This document shows positions 30,639-44,489 of a stretch of DNA of 64,000 nt, one piece after another. The stretch lies in assembly GCF_009914755.1 (NCBI RefSeq), contig NC_060925.1; one strand, 5' to 3'. Source of the DNA: the human T2T-CHM13v2.0 reference genome, Homo sapiens. The notes below the pieces were generated by a model. It searched no databases. It was given only the letters and a program-made list of their open reading frames with translations, and was not told the origin of the DNA. The position numbers and the translations under genes were made by a program. Numbering within the stretch: position 1 is the stretch's first letter; each line of letters begins with the position of its first letter.

Positions 30639-30846
30639 CAGGGATCATTTAAGTATGGCCCATGCCTTTTTTTGTAAAAAAATTTGTATTGGAACACAGC
30701 CATGCCCATTAGTCTACGTATTTTCTATGGTTGTTTTTGTGCTATAACAGTGGAGTTAAAGTAGTTGCAGCAGATTATATGACCCACAAAACTTAAAATA
30801 TTTACTATCTGGCCCTCCACAGAAAAAGTGCATTTGCTGACCCCTG
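30639..30846 (+). mobile_element. MER58A (hAT-Charlie)
   Basis: attggaacacagccatgccca...aaaatatttactatctggccc...gctgacccctg. Confidence 0.85.
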
Positions 30847-30869
30847 CCTAAATTGGTCTCTGTGGAATA

Positions 30870-31090
30870 TGGATTAGTATAATAGAGAATCATGACCAAG
30901 CCTTCAGAAGTTTACGTTTCATTTCCTGGACTGGCTGTGTTGATTTGGAAAAGTTAAGTTCTATGATTTTCGGTTTCTCATCTGAAAATGAATAGAATAC
31001 TTATCTCACGTGGTTGTTGTTTAAGAATTTTAACTGAGCTAATGTGTATAAAGCACTTAGTGAAGTGCCTAGTAAACAGTAAATGTCAGC
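30870..31090 (+). mobile_element. MIR
   Basis: tttctcatctgaaaatg...gtgtataaagcacttagtgaagtgcctagtaaacagtaaatg. Confidence 0.7.
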
Positions 31091-31334
31091 CCAGTAAGTA
31101 GCACATGCATATGTGTATATGCATATATACAGACATGCACATACACACAGGAAATGCATATGCCCTCAAATAGGAACTCTGTAAGTCACCAAGCATTCTC
31201 CAGACACTTTCTATATTTTTAAGTAAATAATGAATAAAGTTAATTAGTAAGTACTTACTACACATAAGACGACATGGTAAACTGCCAAAATGTATGGGAT
31301 TTTGTTTTTTATGTAGAAAATTATAGTCAAACAT

Positions 31335-31630
<296 letters not shown>

Positions 31631-31830
31631 TTCAAGCATTATTTCTGACAGCCCTATTTACAGTATTTTGATGCTCTTGACTCACATTTTAGCAAAATGT
31701 ACAGCCCACTATAGAGTTTTACATTTTCAGGTAAGTTTCAATGTTTTATTTTTAAGGAAGGACTAGTTCATGCTTTGTTCGGATTATAAAAAGAGGAAAA
31801 CAGTGTAATGCCTTATACATCATATTATGA

Positions 31831-32230
<400 letters not shown>

Positions 32231-34028
32231 TGGGTGCCTCATTTTCTAACTGTCAGTATACAGAAGGCAAATTCATAGGGCTGGATTATTTTGATGACCT
32301 TTCTAACTATACAGTGTTTTCTTTGTTAAAATAAATAAGAGATTTAATTTTTCCTTAACCAAGTTATTTTGGTTGTTAAATAAGAAGACCAATGGTATGA
32401 ATCCTTAAATCAGGATATCTTTAGTATTAAGATATCTGCAATACATGAAATTATAATCTCACTTTCAATAATAATCTAGTAAACAGTTATAAATCTACTA
32501 TATGCTAGGCATTAAAATTTTTTAAAAACTTAGTAGAACAGAAATTTTGTTTTCTAAAGGTATGAGATATTGTTGAGAAAAACATTATGTAAACAAGTAA
32601 TTTTAATAACATAATAGTAATAACAATGAAAGTACGGACGTGAGAGCCATTAGTTCTACTTTAAGATGTCAGGGAAGACCTGGAGAGGTGACATTTGAGC
32701 TGAGTCTCAAGGGAACAGTTCAATATTGTCAGATGTATATGGTAGAGTGATACCACACAAGAGGTACCAAAGTCATTCGGCAAAAATCTTTGAGCTTCTA
32801 CTGTGTGTCAGATAATGTTTTAGGCAGTTGAACAAAACAAAACAGTTGTCTAGTTGTTCTATACAAATGAACAAAACAAATGACTTTTTTCTGCCACTTT
32901 CAGTGGAACATGTAAAGGCGTGGAAGTGAGGTAAATAATACAGAATGGCTGAGTCGAGAGGAGTCTGGGGGTCCCTGACAAGAAAAAAGCAGAAGCCGTG
33001 TCACACCAGGAAGTTTGAGTGTAATCCTGTAGGCTACTGATGTCCAATCCCAGAGCTCCAGGGATACTGGTGTGTCATGAAGTTATTACAAAGGAATTAG
33101 CAATCCATGCTTAGATATTAAGCATGCATAGCCTGTGGATTTTAATAAAATGTCTTTTACACCTATTTTTGTACTACTTCTCAATTTTTTGTAGTTATTT
33201 TGAGTAATAGAAACTCATTTAAACATATGAATTCATAATACCTTTTTCGACAATTTTTATTTTCTCAATCGTGTGGTACTGTCACTTTAACTACTTTTAA
33301 GTAATCGTCAAAATGGTTAATTTTTAAATGAGGTCCTAAAATATTCAGCCTGGCATCTCCTGCCAGTGTTGAACCTGTTAAAACTTCTAGAGCTACCATC
33401 TAAAACTTCAGTTAATATTTGATGAGCTCCATCTAAGTGCCAAGCACTGCTCTAGCCACTAGGATTACAAAGATTAATATAAAACAAGGTCCATGTCCTC
33501 AGGGAACTTACAGTCATAATGAAATAGAGTCTAGATTAAAAATAAATAAGACTGAAGTAAGCATGGAGAAAAGGGTATAGATTCAGGATATGTTAAGGAG
33601 GTAGTAACTCTTAATCAATGAGAATCTCTCACTGAAAGCAGACTACTAGAATAGAAGCAAAGACCAGATTCTTAGGAAAAGAGCTAGTGTTTTGCTAATA
33701 CAGGGGAAAAAAAGCTCTATCTTTTATTAAGAATATTGTTTTATCCTAGTAACAAGCCTAATCAATCTCCAGAGAACAAGGATATTAATAATTTATGGTT
33801 CTGTGAACATACCTCTTCTGCTTGATTTTTCTCTGCCTGGTAATAAGGTATAAACCTGTGAAATAATCTTAAGTCAAACCATGAAAATATGTAATGTAAA
33901 CGATGTAAAAAATTCATCTGGATCTGACACCTTCATGATGATGTTGCAGAACAGTCATTCTCTATGTTGATCTCTGTACCTTCAGCCCAACAAGCTTACT
34001 TCTCTTCTTTCAGATTTCAGCCTTCTTT

Positions 34029-34031
<3 letters not shown>

Positions 34032-34082
<51 letters not shown>

Positions 34083-34105
34083 TACACACACACACACACA
34101 CACAC
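34032..34105. repeat. (CA)n microsatellite, ~36 units with one interruption
   Basis: Read directly from the sequence. Confidence 0.98.
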
Positions 34106-34109
34106 TTCC

Positions 34110-34500
34110 TTTCTTTCCTCGCAAAGAAAGACAGCTATTGACTAGAAGCCCAGAATTGCCCCCAAGTTCCGACCACCAGCTCGAATTCTTATGAAGTGGA
34201 CTTGTAATATCCTTAATGTTGCTGTTGGCAGTCAGTTACAGATTCCATTATTGTCGATCAGTGCAGTCGCCATGCGAGGTGGGGGGAGGAATGGAGGAGG
34301 AGGAGAAGAAAGGAGGGATGAGAGCTTCCTATTCACAGATTTATCAACCTGCCTTTTCTTGCAGGAAATCTTCGTAAAGGGGGCTGTTGAAATAGCTAAA
34401 GCAGGAAGGGGAAGGGGGCTGCAGTTCTTGCGGAGGACTGAAAGGAAATTTGAAAACCTTTCTCCTCAAAACAAAACAAAATGCTGAATTTGTTCTTTTG
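34110..34500 (+). promoter_or_regulatory. Putative intronic promoter/enhancer next to a (CA)n repeat
   Basis: Repeat-free, with several CpGs and G-rich/GGA-rich tracts, upstream of the 34945 exon candidate. Confidence 0.4.
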
Positions 34501-34944
34501 TCTTTGTTTTTGTTTGATATTTTTTACTTAACTGATTAGCTATTGTGCTGTCTGGTTATCTAAGCTGCTTCCAGTGTAGGAACCTGTTTCTTTTTCTTTG
34601 AGTGTCTTTATTCTTTATTTTCGTATGATTTTTCCTGTCATTAAACACACTTCATTATTCAGTGTTATCCTGGCTTTTTCTTTCAGACTAAAGCATAACA
34701 CCAAGAGACAGAAGGACAAATCTCCCTTCTCTTCTCTTATACCACCCTCTTTTAACCCTATTTCTTTCCCCCTCCCCCTGGTTGTATTAGATTGATGTCA
34801 CAGAGACAGAATTCAGAGTGGAGGGAGGATCACATTTTCTCTTTCATCATTACTGCCTAGCCAGCAATTTAAGTGTTGGACCCCCAAGAATTTAGTCTCT
34901 GTATCCTTTTTTTCTCACTTCATCATTCAGTAATTGTGCTCTGT

Positions 34945-35050
34945 ATGGAAAAGTTTTCTGGCTGGAGAATGAGTCTCCTTTCCCCCGGTGATGTGGCGGA
35001 GTGGTTGGATAGTAGCACCGAAGAAGAGAAGAGCCTTCTGTCATTTCTGG
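34945..35050 (+). CDS. RASAL2: Candidate alternative RASAL2 exon, MEKFSGWRMSLLSPGDVAEWLDSSTEEEKSLLSFL; either a first exon or a 120-nt cassette from 34931
   Basis: Repeat-free and coding-like, 35 codons + 1 nt, ending at TGG|GTACGG in phase 1, which fits the 52844 acceptor. A phase-1 acceptor (tttttctcacttcatcattcag|) also exists at 34930. Confidence 0.55.
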
Positions 35051-36000
35051 GTACGGTAGGGCTTGCTTGTTCTTTTAACCCTTTATTGTCTGAACTTTTC
35101 TTACTTTTGGGAATAGGACCCCAAATTCTCTAAATCCACTTTTGTATTTTTAAAAGGAGAAGAGGAATTAAGGGAATATGTTTAAGTCGTTTGCTTTTCA
35201 AATTTTGTTTGTCTGTAGAAATAATGCCACCAACACTAGCTATGAGAAATAAGAGAGAGATTGCTTTGCCTTAACAAAGAGTGCTAGCTCCATTCAAGGC
35301 TTACCATGTCATCTGGCCAGCTGTTCATGGTATTTAGACAACTTCTGCCAACCAAAATAATATTATTGTTTTACTTTACTCTCAATACAGTGATGGTGAG
35401 GTGTGCTGTGTGAGAGTGGGAGTAGGCTTTGTGTGCATGAAAAGCCAATGTACAAATCGAGAAGTAGCTTTTATGCAAGGTGTGAAATATTTGTAATGCT
35501 TATATATGATTTCTACTGACTACATAAAATAGGACACATGGACCTCCCATTGCTTTAATTTTGCATTTTTGAATGCTTTCTAATAAATTTCTAAGTAAAG
35601 CAATTGTTTATCTTGTGGTTATTGATATAATAAACAAATTATTAGGAAAGTTAGGTTGTAAATCCAGTCATATCTTAAATGTGATAGAAGAGCTTGATAC
35701 TCATTTAAAAACCTATTTGTGAATACTTTCCCTAGATTAATTATAGCCTTCAAATTTATCTTTCTTATAAATTTGATTTATCTTCTATTTTCCTAGATAT
35801 AAGTATGCCTTTATTATAAATGGACAAAATTCAGTTGATCTTCTAATTTTCTAATTTATTCCTCATGAATATTATGTATGACCTATGGATAGTCTTCTGC
35901 CAGTCCAAAAGTTATCTCTACTATTATTTGAAAATCTTTCTTATAGTTAGCATAAGTTTATCTTTCAATTCTGTTGTCAATCTTAGCATTCTGTTTCTTT

Positions 36001-36002
<2 letters not shown>

Positions 36003-36033
<31 letters not shown>
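36003..36033. repeat. Poly-T run (31 nt) not attached to an obvious Alu or L1
   Basis: Read directly; followed by gcagtttag. Confidence 0.95.
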
Positions 36034-36035
<2 letters not shown>

Positions 36036-38039
36036 AGTTTAGATGTAAAGGGTCATCCTAATCAGGTCTTCCTAGGTACATATATTTAGATACTAACCCG
36101 ACTCTTAATTTACCATGGCCTTATTTATCTTCGGCATTTGGATGACTTTAAGAAATATGTATACCTCTTAAGCCTTCGTTTCTCTGAAGCCTATCTCATT
36201 CTACTTGCTTCCCATTCCCCTCCCCTGACACATGCATACATACACATAGAGAAACATCAGTGAAGAAACAAATACAGATATCCCTAAGTAAAACCAATCA
36301 CTTAGACTCTACTACATCATGGGAAAGGAAGGCAGAGTTATCATTAAACATATTTTCTGTGCTCTGGCATACCTTTATGAATTCTAATTATCTAGCCTAA
36401 AGATAAATTTATTTATCTCCTGTTTTTGTGGGGAAGGCATTATCCTACTATACCTGAAATGAATTTGGTTAACAAAGATGAGTAAATAAAAAGTGCTATA
36501 GTAGTGCCCCCACCCATCCCTGCTCCTGTCCTCTGATTAAGGGAGTTAGTAAATTCCTATTTATCCACAGATGGATAAATGGAGGTAATAAAGACAAAGA
36601 ATGTTAGAACTTGCTTAGAAGAAAAAAACGCAAATTTCCATAAATTATGATGTTGACTTCTGGGTAGTCAATTCCCGATTATCCACCCAATGGAAGCTTC
36701 AGATTATAGATAAAAACAGGTAAGTTAGAGTCCTGATTCTGCTCAAGGGCTACAATAAGTTTAGTTGCTGAGTGAATAGACAGCAATGTATCCCATGCTC
36801 TGCTGTGGCAGTGCTAAGCTGTGAAAGTCAGCAAATCTTATTTTTAGGATTGAAGCTCTCTCCTGACCATAGGCAGCAAACACCTCCATCTGTGGATAAA
36901 CAGGAATTTTACTGAGCTCCTCCACAGGAATGAGGAACAAAACTATCTGAGATGTAGCTTGTGATAGTTCGAGGATTAAGTAAAACCCTTGTGTTGAGTC
37001 ATTTGCTAATGTAATTACCATTAGTGACAACATGCTTTTCCCAATGAAGATGCCAAGAGAAAAACAAGAAAACTAAATCTACTTTATGGTGAATCTAGGA
37101 TGAGTAGAACCAAGAAACACTGTGTCTTTTGGTAGCTATCAAATTATGCTTTCTTTGCCTAAGGAATTTTAAGGCAGATTTCCCTCCAGAAGGGGGGATG
37201 CAAGAAAAGTACTTTGTGCTGGTTAGGATCTACTACTTACTTCTGTACAGTAACCACCTAACTGATGTTCAGGCCTTCCCAATAACGTAGCTCACTGCTA
37301 GTTTGATGAAACTTCATACAACTGTGCACTGTTATTAATCTGTTAAAAAACCTTCCATGGTTTCTTCATCACCTACCAGATAAATTTAAAACACCTTACT
37401 GTGAAACTTAATTTGGCCTTTCACACCTGACATTCTATTATTCATTTTAGAGGAGAAAATCCCCAAGCCTCCCTTCCAACCAAATTGATTTACTTCCTGT
37501 CTTGGAACAAATATTGCCCTTTCCTACCTTGTTTCTTCTGTCAGCAGTGTTCAAACTCAGCTTTCTAAATTCAGCTTTTTAAAACTCTGCCCTTGTTTCA
37601 AAACTTTCTTATAAATAAATGCAATGTTCTAGACACTGCTAGATGCTGTGGCTGGATACAGAGAAGTATAAGAAAAAGCTGCTTGTGAGAGGCATAGTGT
37701 TTGGCTAGGGAGAAAACATGAACTACGCACAAGTTAAATGAGAAAAATTAAATGGTAATTCAGACGACAGTGGAGAAAATGAAAATAAGGCAGTTCCTAA
37801 TTGTAAAATTATCCAGGTAAAAATTGCTTTGGGAGTTTGAAGAAGAGACATTTAAAAACATTGAAAATTATCTTACAGAGATAGGGTTTAATCTGAATCC
37901 TAAAAGATTTTTTATGGAAATGGTAGGGTTTTCTGTATGAAAGCAGTGTCCTGAGGAACATTAAATAATTTCACATCCGGTGAGCAAACTGTCTTGAAAA
38001 GAACGCAGAATTCATGTAAAGAAGTAATGAGAGATAACA

Positions 38040-39110
38040 TTTGAAGGGTATTTGGAAGCTCACTATGTAGGACTAGTGACAATTTTATCCTGAAAGCCAT
38101 AGAGAAGAATGAAAGACCCTTGAGCAAGAAGAAGATATGATCAAAATAGTTTTTTAGAAAGACATCTGAAAGTGATACTAAAGGGGAAGAGGCTAGAAGC
38201 AGTTAAATCAGTTTGAAAGCTATTGCAGTAGTACAGGTATGCAATAAGTGCCTCTACTTTTTTTATCCCTGTGTATTATAATTGTTGGTTTGTGTATTAA
38301 AACCAGACTGTGAATGCCTCCACAAGGAGGGCTTAATCCTCTGTCTTTTCAGCACGTGGAATACTCCTTGTGCAGATGAATGTTTGTGTAGCTCAGGTGA
38401 ATAACAGATTAAAATAGATGGAGAGATTACAAAGAATGTATCAGCAGAATTGGTGACATATTAGAGGAATGGGGAACAAAATGAATCAAAGATAATTTTT
38501 GAACTTGGAAGAATGGTGGTACTATTAACAGAAATAAATTGAGAAAGGGAGCCAATTTTTTAGGAAGATGGGAGTTCTGTTTAGGTATTTTCACTTTTAG
38601 AAGACTAATCCACATCCAGACAGAAAAAACAGTTTTGGTAATTGGAAATGAAGTCACAGGTGGGAGCTGTTCATCTAGAGAAGAAAGATTGTTGATATTC
38701 TAAGCATCTGTAGGTCATCTGCTATCAAGAGCTTGTCAAGAAAAAAGAGAGGGCAGCAGCTGAAACTTGAAGAATATCAACATTTGGGGGTGGGTGGAGA
38801 CAAAGAGGAGACACAGAGCGAATGACCGTAAATGTGGGAGGAAAGCCAGGATGGTGTGGTATTACAGGTGCTAAGGTAGAAAAGGTTAACAATGTGGTCA
38901 GTAGTGTCAGTGGCTACAAAAGCCAAAGAGAAGTCAGAAAAAAACCACTAGGCTTGACAATGTAAGAGACTGTTGATAACCTGTGAAAGTGTTAATGCTA
39001 TTTGAGTAAAGTTGAAGAGGGAGAAGTCAGATTTTATAATACTGAGAATGACAGTAGGAGGTGAGATAGTGGAAACCACAGGTTAAGCCTTTTGCCTGAA
39101 GAAATCTGTG
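38040..39110 (-). mobile_element. Degraded L2 relics
   Basis: Purine-rich L2 reverse motifs (ttttatcctgaaagccatagagaag, gctattgcagtagtacaggt, gaacttggaagaatggtggtactattaacaga). Confidence 0.55.
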
Positions 39111-39969
39111 ACTGACAGAAACATGTACCCTGTTAAAAACTAGATTGAGAAGACTTGTACATATTTTTAAGTGGAGGAGAGAGCAAGATCTTGAACCTAC
39201 AAGAATAAAGACTAAGAAAACAAAACATTTTATGGGTTTGGAGGTGAGAGTAGAATTAAAAGCATAGGATTAACCTTTTGAAGGGAGAAAGAAAAAACTC
39301 ATACAGGAACCAAATATACATGCCGAGATTTAGCAATGGAATGTAGGGAAGATGGGGAGATAACAGCTACTGTATTAATCTTATGCCATTTATCACACCC
39401 AGTCTTGCAGAGTTAGCTATTTGTGTACCCATTTATGTTGTTATTTGTGTGCCCATCAAATACTTCCCTGCTACTGCCAGATAAGGATCTTCTCTTAATA
39501 TTTTGGCATCTTCCAGAATAGCACCGAATAGGTACTTAGTAGATACTTTTTGAATGAATGAATGATATCCAGATACCCAAAAATTTGAGACTCGGGACTT
39601 TTCAAAATTATTGAAATTATTCTGTCAGATCCAGCTTTTTTTCCCTCTTATTCTACTACTATTCTGTAGTCCCATAACCTTTTCAGGTACTTTGATAGCA
39701 TTTGAAATTATTATTCAGTAGATAATGATTGCGTTTTCCAAATTCTAGAATAAGAAGGAAAATACTCAGCGTATACTTTTTTCCACTTTGCCTTTTCTAA
39801 ATGGAATTTAAATGATTTCATTTTACTTCATAGAGTGAAGTAATTTATGTGATGGAATAGTTCTATGAAAGAATAATGTAATTTTGACAAATCCTAAACA
39901 TTTTAAGTTTCTAAATGACTCTGTTGACTATAGTTAATTATTTGGCATTGGCAACTATTATCTGATTCC

Positions 39970-41975
39970 CAAAATTTACACCAAACATCAAGGGAGAAAC
40001 ATATTCAAAAATTGAAACTCTAATTTCTGGTAATATGCCAGACTAGATAACCTCAAAAATAATATAGAGACAATTAGAAATTTCACATTAGTGTAACAAA
40101 CACTTTTAACTAAATGGCTGAACTCTCAGGAAGGAAAGGAAGTCCCCAGGAAGAGGAAAAAGAAAACAAAACAAAACTCGAAATCTAGACAGTAAACTCT
40201 CCTGGGGGCATTTACCAATTTTAGAATATTAGAGTTAAGTTTTAATGGCTATAATATAGGAGATGGGCCAAGGGTCTAACAAAGTAAAGAATTAGAACTG
40301 AAAGGCCTATGTCATTCTTCCCCATAGGACTGGGCCTCTGAATGAGTTACACCTTCAGTGAGAGTTGAAGTTAGAAAAATCTCTCATTGACAAATATAGA
40401 CAAATCTTAATTATCTTAACCTGGACTGGTAGGTGAGGTGGGAGGGGGAAAAACATCCTGAGAATTCATAATCACAGTCGTGATAAGGTAAAACTGAAAT
40501 AGTGGACAACATTAATATGTCAGAGATAGGAAGTGGGTAATTGGAATTGAAGTATTTTAAGATTGTTGAATTATTCGAGAAAAGGATAGAAATCGTGATT
40601 AACTTTAGGCTTTAAGTATACGTGTTAAAATGTTAAGGACAACTACTAGAAGAGTAAAAATAGAGTATTTTTATTGAAATATTTGAAAATATTAAAAAAT
40701 ATTTTCAAAAGCAATACAGAAGAAAATGGAATTTTTTAAACCTGATTAACCTGATTTTAAAAAAAAGAAAATCAGAAAAAAATGGGGAAAAAAATAGAAA
40801 ATACAGTAAGATGGTAAAAATAAAATCCAATTATATCATAAATTATATATGAAAATGTTAAAAGATAAATATTGTCAGACTGGATTTTTTTTAATGCTAT
40901 GAATGAGAGATCTAAAACACAGGGACCTAGGAAAGTTAAAAGTAAAGGCTTGGAAAAAGAAAGCTGGTGTAGCCAGTGAAATAGAATAAGACTATCAAAA
41001 AAGTTACTGGAATAAAGGAGGTCCCTAAATAATGATAAAATATAAAAATCACTAGGAAGACATAACAATCTTACATGTACCCAATAACAAAACCTCAAAT
41101 TTTATTTGGCAAAAATGGACAGAAATGGATAATTCTACAGTCCTATCTATAAAAATTAGTAAGGATATAGAGAATATTCAAAAATGCAGTAAGCTTGATT
41201 TAATGGACATATATAGAATCCTGACTCCAACAATTAGTCTTCTCAAGCACATACAGAATCTTTATAAAAACTGGCAATAGACCAGGTCATAAAACAAATC
41301 TCAACAAATTTCAAAGTTATACGGATTGCATTCTCTAATAACAGTTGAACTAAGTTAGAAATTAGTAACAAAAATTTACTGTAAAAACCTTTATTTTTGC
41401 AGTCTTTTAAAGTTACTTGCAAATAACTTGTTAGTCAAAAAGGAAAACATAATGGAAATTATAAAATACTAAGCAATACTGAAAATAGTGTATATCAAAA
41501 CTTGTGGAATATCACTAAAATAGTTCTTAAATGAAATGTGTAGTCTTTTACATTGAAAAGGGCAAAAGCTACAAATCAATGAGCTAAGCATTTAACTCAA
41601 CAAGTTAGATAATAACAAACCCAAAGAAAGTTTAGGGAAAGAAAGAATGAAAATAAGAGTAGATAATGATGAAATGGAAAATAGAAATAAACAGAATCAA
41701 TAAAGCCAAGAGTTGTTCCTTTAAAAAGCCTAATGAAAATAGATGAAACCGACAAGATTTGCTAAAAAGAGAAAATATAAACAATGTTGACATGAAAAAA
41801 GGGTATAATTATAGAAAATTAGAGAATTGAAAAATAGACTATTATAAAAAAGACCTTTTTGATAATATATTTGGAAATTTAGACAAGTGGACATTTTAAG
41901 AAAAATGTAACTTAAAATTGTAGAAGCAATAAAAAACTGTAATTAGGCCTGTGACCTGTAACCATTAAAGAAACA
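39970..41975 (+). mobile_element. Old L1M relic including the decayed endonuclease region of ORF2
   Basis: aggaagacataacaatctt, attagtaaggatatagag, ttctcaagcacatacagaa, aaatctcaacaaatttcaaag and cagaatcaataaagccaagag. Confidence 0.75.
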
Positions 41976-41977
41976 GA

Positions 41978-42200
41978 GGCTAGACACAGTGGAGCACACC
42001 TGTAGTCTCAGCTACTGGGGAGGCTGAGTTGGGAGGATCACTTGAGACCAGAAGTTTGAGGCAGTGAGCTGTGATTCTGCCACTTTACTGGGAGTGACAG
42101 AGCAAGACCCTGTCTTGAAAGAGAGAGAGAGACAGAGAGAAAGGAAGGGGAGGGGAGGGGAGGGAAGGAAGGGAAGAAAGGAAGAGAGAAGAGAGAGAGA
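41978..42200 (+). mobile_element. Alu monomer (FRAM/AluJ) with GA-rich tail
   Basis: cacacctgtagtctcagctactggggaggctgag...gacagagcaagaccctgtct followed by (GA)n and (GGAAG)n. Confidence 0.82.
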
Positions 42201-42662
42201 AATGGAATCAGTAGTTTAAAATCTACCACTGATTATGGTTTAATTTCTCATACAGCTTGACTTCAGAAAAATAATTAATGTCAAAGCACACTTGCGTTAA
42301 TATTTCCAATCAGTGATAATTCAGTTTTTCATAGCAAGTGAATAAATTAGCATTCTGGCATCTAAATTTAAAAGCAAAAAGTACCTCAGTATGGCTATTG
42401 AATCCATATTGAGTCTCACAGGTGGACATGGTTCCCTTAGAGTTTTTAAGTCTTACATCCTTTGTTTAGGGATTTCCTTAGAACAGAAAAAGTGTAGAAC
42501 AGAAGATGTTCTTGCAAAAATTTTCCTTTTGGGGATGTATAATTTAAAAACTAAAGGAAATTAAGCTGAACAGATATCTAAAGAAAATGAATAAGATATC
42601 AAGACTTAAATGTAATTATGTTTAAGTGTGCTTCTCAATAAAATTTGGAAATTTGTGACTTA

Positions 42663-42932
42663 ATTTGAGACAGGGTCTCACTCTTGTCAGTCAAGCCCTG
42701 CCTCTTCCACCTCAGCGCCTTGCCTCCCAGCCTCAGCGCCCCCTACCCGTAGTAGCTGGGACGACAGGTGCAGTCGCACGCCGCCACGCCCAGCTAATTT
42801 TTGTATTTTTTGTAGAGATGGGGTTTCTCACCAGGTTGCCCAGGCTGGTCTCGAACTCCTGAACTCAAGTGATACACCCGCCTCGGGCCCCCAAAGTGCT
42901 GGGATTACAGGCGTGAGTCACCGTGCCCCGCC
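42663..42932 (-). mobile_element. Rearranged, CpG-rich Alu (Jb/S-like) with almost no tail
   Basis: TSD aatttgtgac at 42650-42659 and 42933-42942; internal deletion and a duplicated cctcagcgcc. Confidence 0.88.
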
Positions 42933-43203
42933 AATTTGTGACCTTTTTAAATAGAATGATGCATAGAAGGAAAATCCTCAAAACTTTTAAACCTAATTTC
43001 CCATGAGGCTTATTTATCATAATCTCAATTTTTCTGTGATAGCCATGTCACTAATAGAGAGATCAAAAGAAAAAGAAAAAAATTAGAAGAAAAAATAACA
43101 ATTTAATATACATAAAGGAGAGTGGTCCTAAACTCAACCAGTTGGTTGAATTTAATTCCATGTGTGAGTTAGAGGTAACTAGAAAATTTATTAATTTATT
43201 TTG

Positions 43204-43288
43204 TATTAAATTGAACTATATGAAATTGCTGGTATTTTACCATTTTAATCTACCAAAAAAAGGCAGTTCTATAGGGCTGTACCTAATA
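43204..43288. mobile_element. MADE2 (Hsmar2 MITE)
   Basis: tattaaattgaactatatgaaattgc...ggcagttctatagggctgtacctaata, ~80 bp with degenerate TIRs. Confidence 0.75.
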
Positions 43289-44489
43289 GAGTCATGATTA
43301 TAAGCACATGTGTCTATTGAGTGGGGGTAGGGGCAGGTGTCCAGACAAAGTATGCTTAACTATTTTTTAGTTGTTAAAATATATTTGCCATTATTTATTA
43401 TCTTTTATTCTATCTTAATAATCCCTGCAGACAAGCAAGAATGGGTGCAAATGGTTTATAAAAACATTGTGAGAGAAATACTTAAAACAGAGAGAATTCT
43501 ACCGGTTAAAATTTGTTTAAAAATTTAGACACAATCACAAGATGATTCCAATCTTGCAGTGACTTAAGACCTCCATTATGGAACACTAGTATCAGTATTA
43601 GTCAGGAATATAGTTTAGTTTGGTACCCAAAACTAAAACGCATATAATCAAAGAATATGAACTTATATAAATGTATTAATTGGAAATCAAAGAAATGTGA
43701 GTAATTAGGCCTGGTTTTATGGAAGTAGATGAATTGAAGTTGATATTGAAGGTCATCTAAGAGTTGGCAGATATGTAGGTGAAAAAAGCAGGCATGTGAG
43801 AATGAATGTGGCCAGTTTGAGATTAGAGATCATCTGACTGAGGCAAATTGTAGAAAACTGTTGGCAGAAAGGACTAAATATGCAAAGTAGGGCCAGGTGA
43901 TTTTTTTCCTAATGTCTGACTATCTAAAGATCTCTAGGAAGGAAATTTCATCCAGAAAGTAATGTTTTAGGGAGATTAATCTGGTAATGATGAGTAGGAT
44001 AGCTTTAAGCAGGGAGAGACTGGAGTCAGTAAGAGCAGTTAGGTGCTTCCTGCCATAATCTGCATGAGAAGATAAAAAGCCCTAGATTAGGATGGTGGAT
44101 GGTAGTGGAAATAAGACAAAATGAAGCCAACAGCCATTTCGAAGAGATACTTAGCAGTGTGTGTTGGCTAAAGGGGGGCAAATCAACATCATAGGCTCCT
44201 TTCTTTTTTATTACCTTCACTAATGGGTGATGTTGAGTGTAAATGATTTTGTTTTTGTACAGTGTCATGTGCATATTTAGTTCTTGGTAAATGATTAAAT
44301 TTTCATCTTTATATTACAGGTTTACATATTTGTATGTTTTCTTTTTTTAATGTCCTCTATTAATATTTGTTTGGGAAATAAAACCCAAACAGAGGCTCTG
44401 GCATAATCAAGACTAAATCTTTTTTTTAATGTTCACTGACTACCAAAATGATGGTATGAATAAATCTACCATTATACCCCCAATTGTAC

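Noticed and set aside
33964-34194. ORF with an HTHTHT run, and the CYVML-repeat ORF at 28066
   Set aside because: Artefacts of the (CA)n and (TGTTA)n microsatellites.
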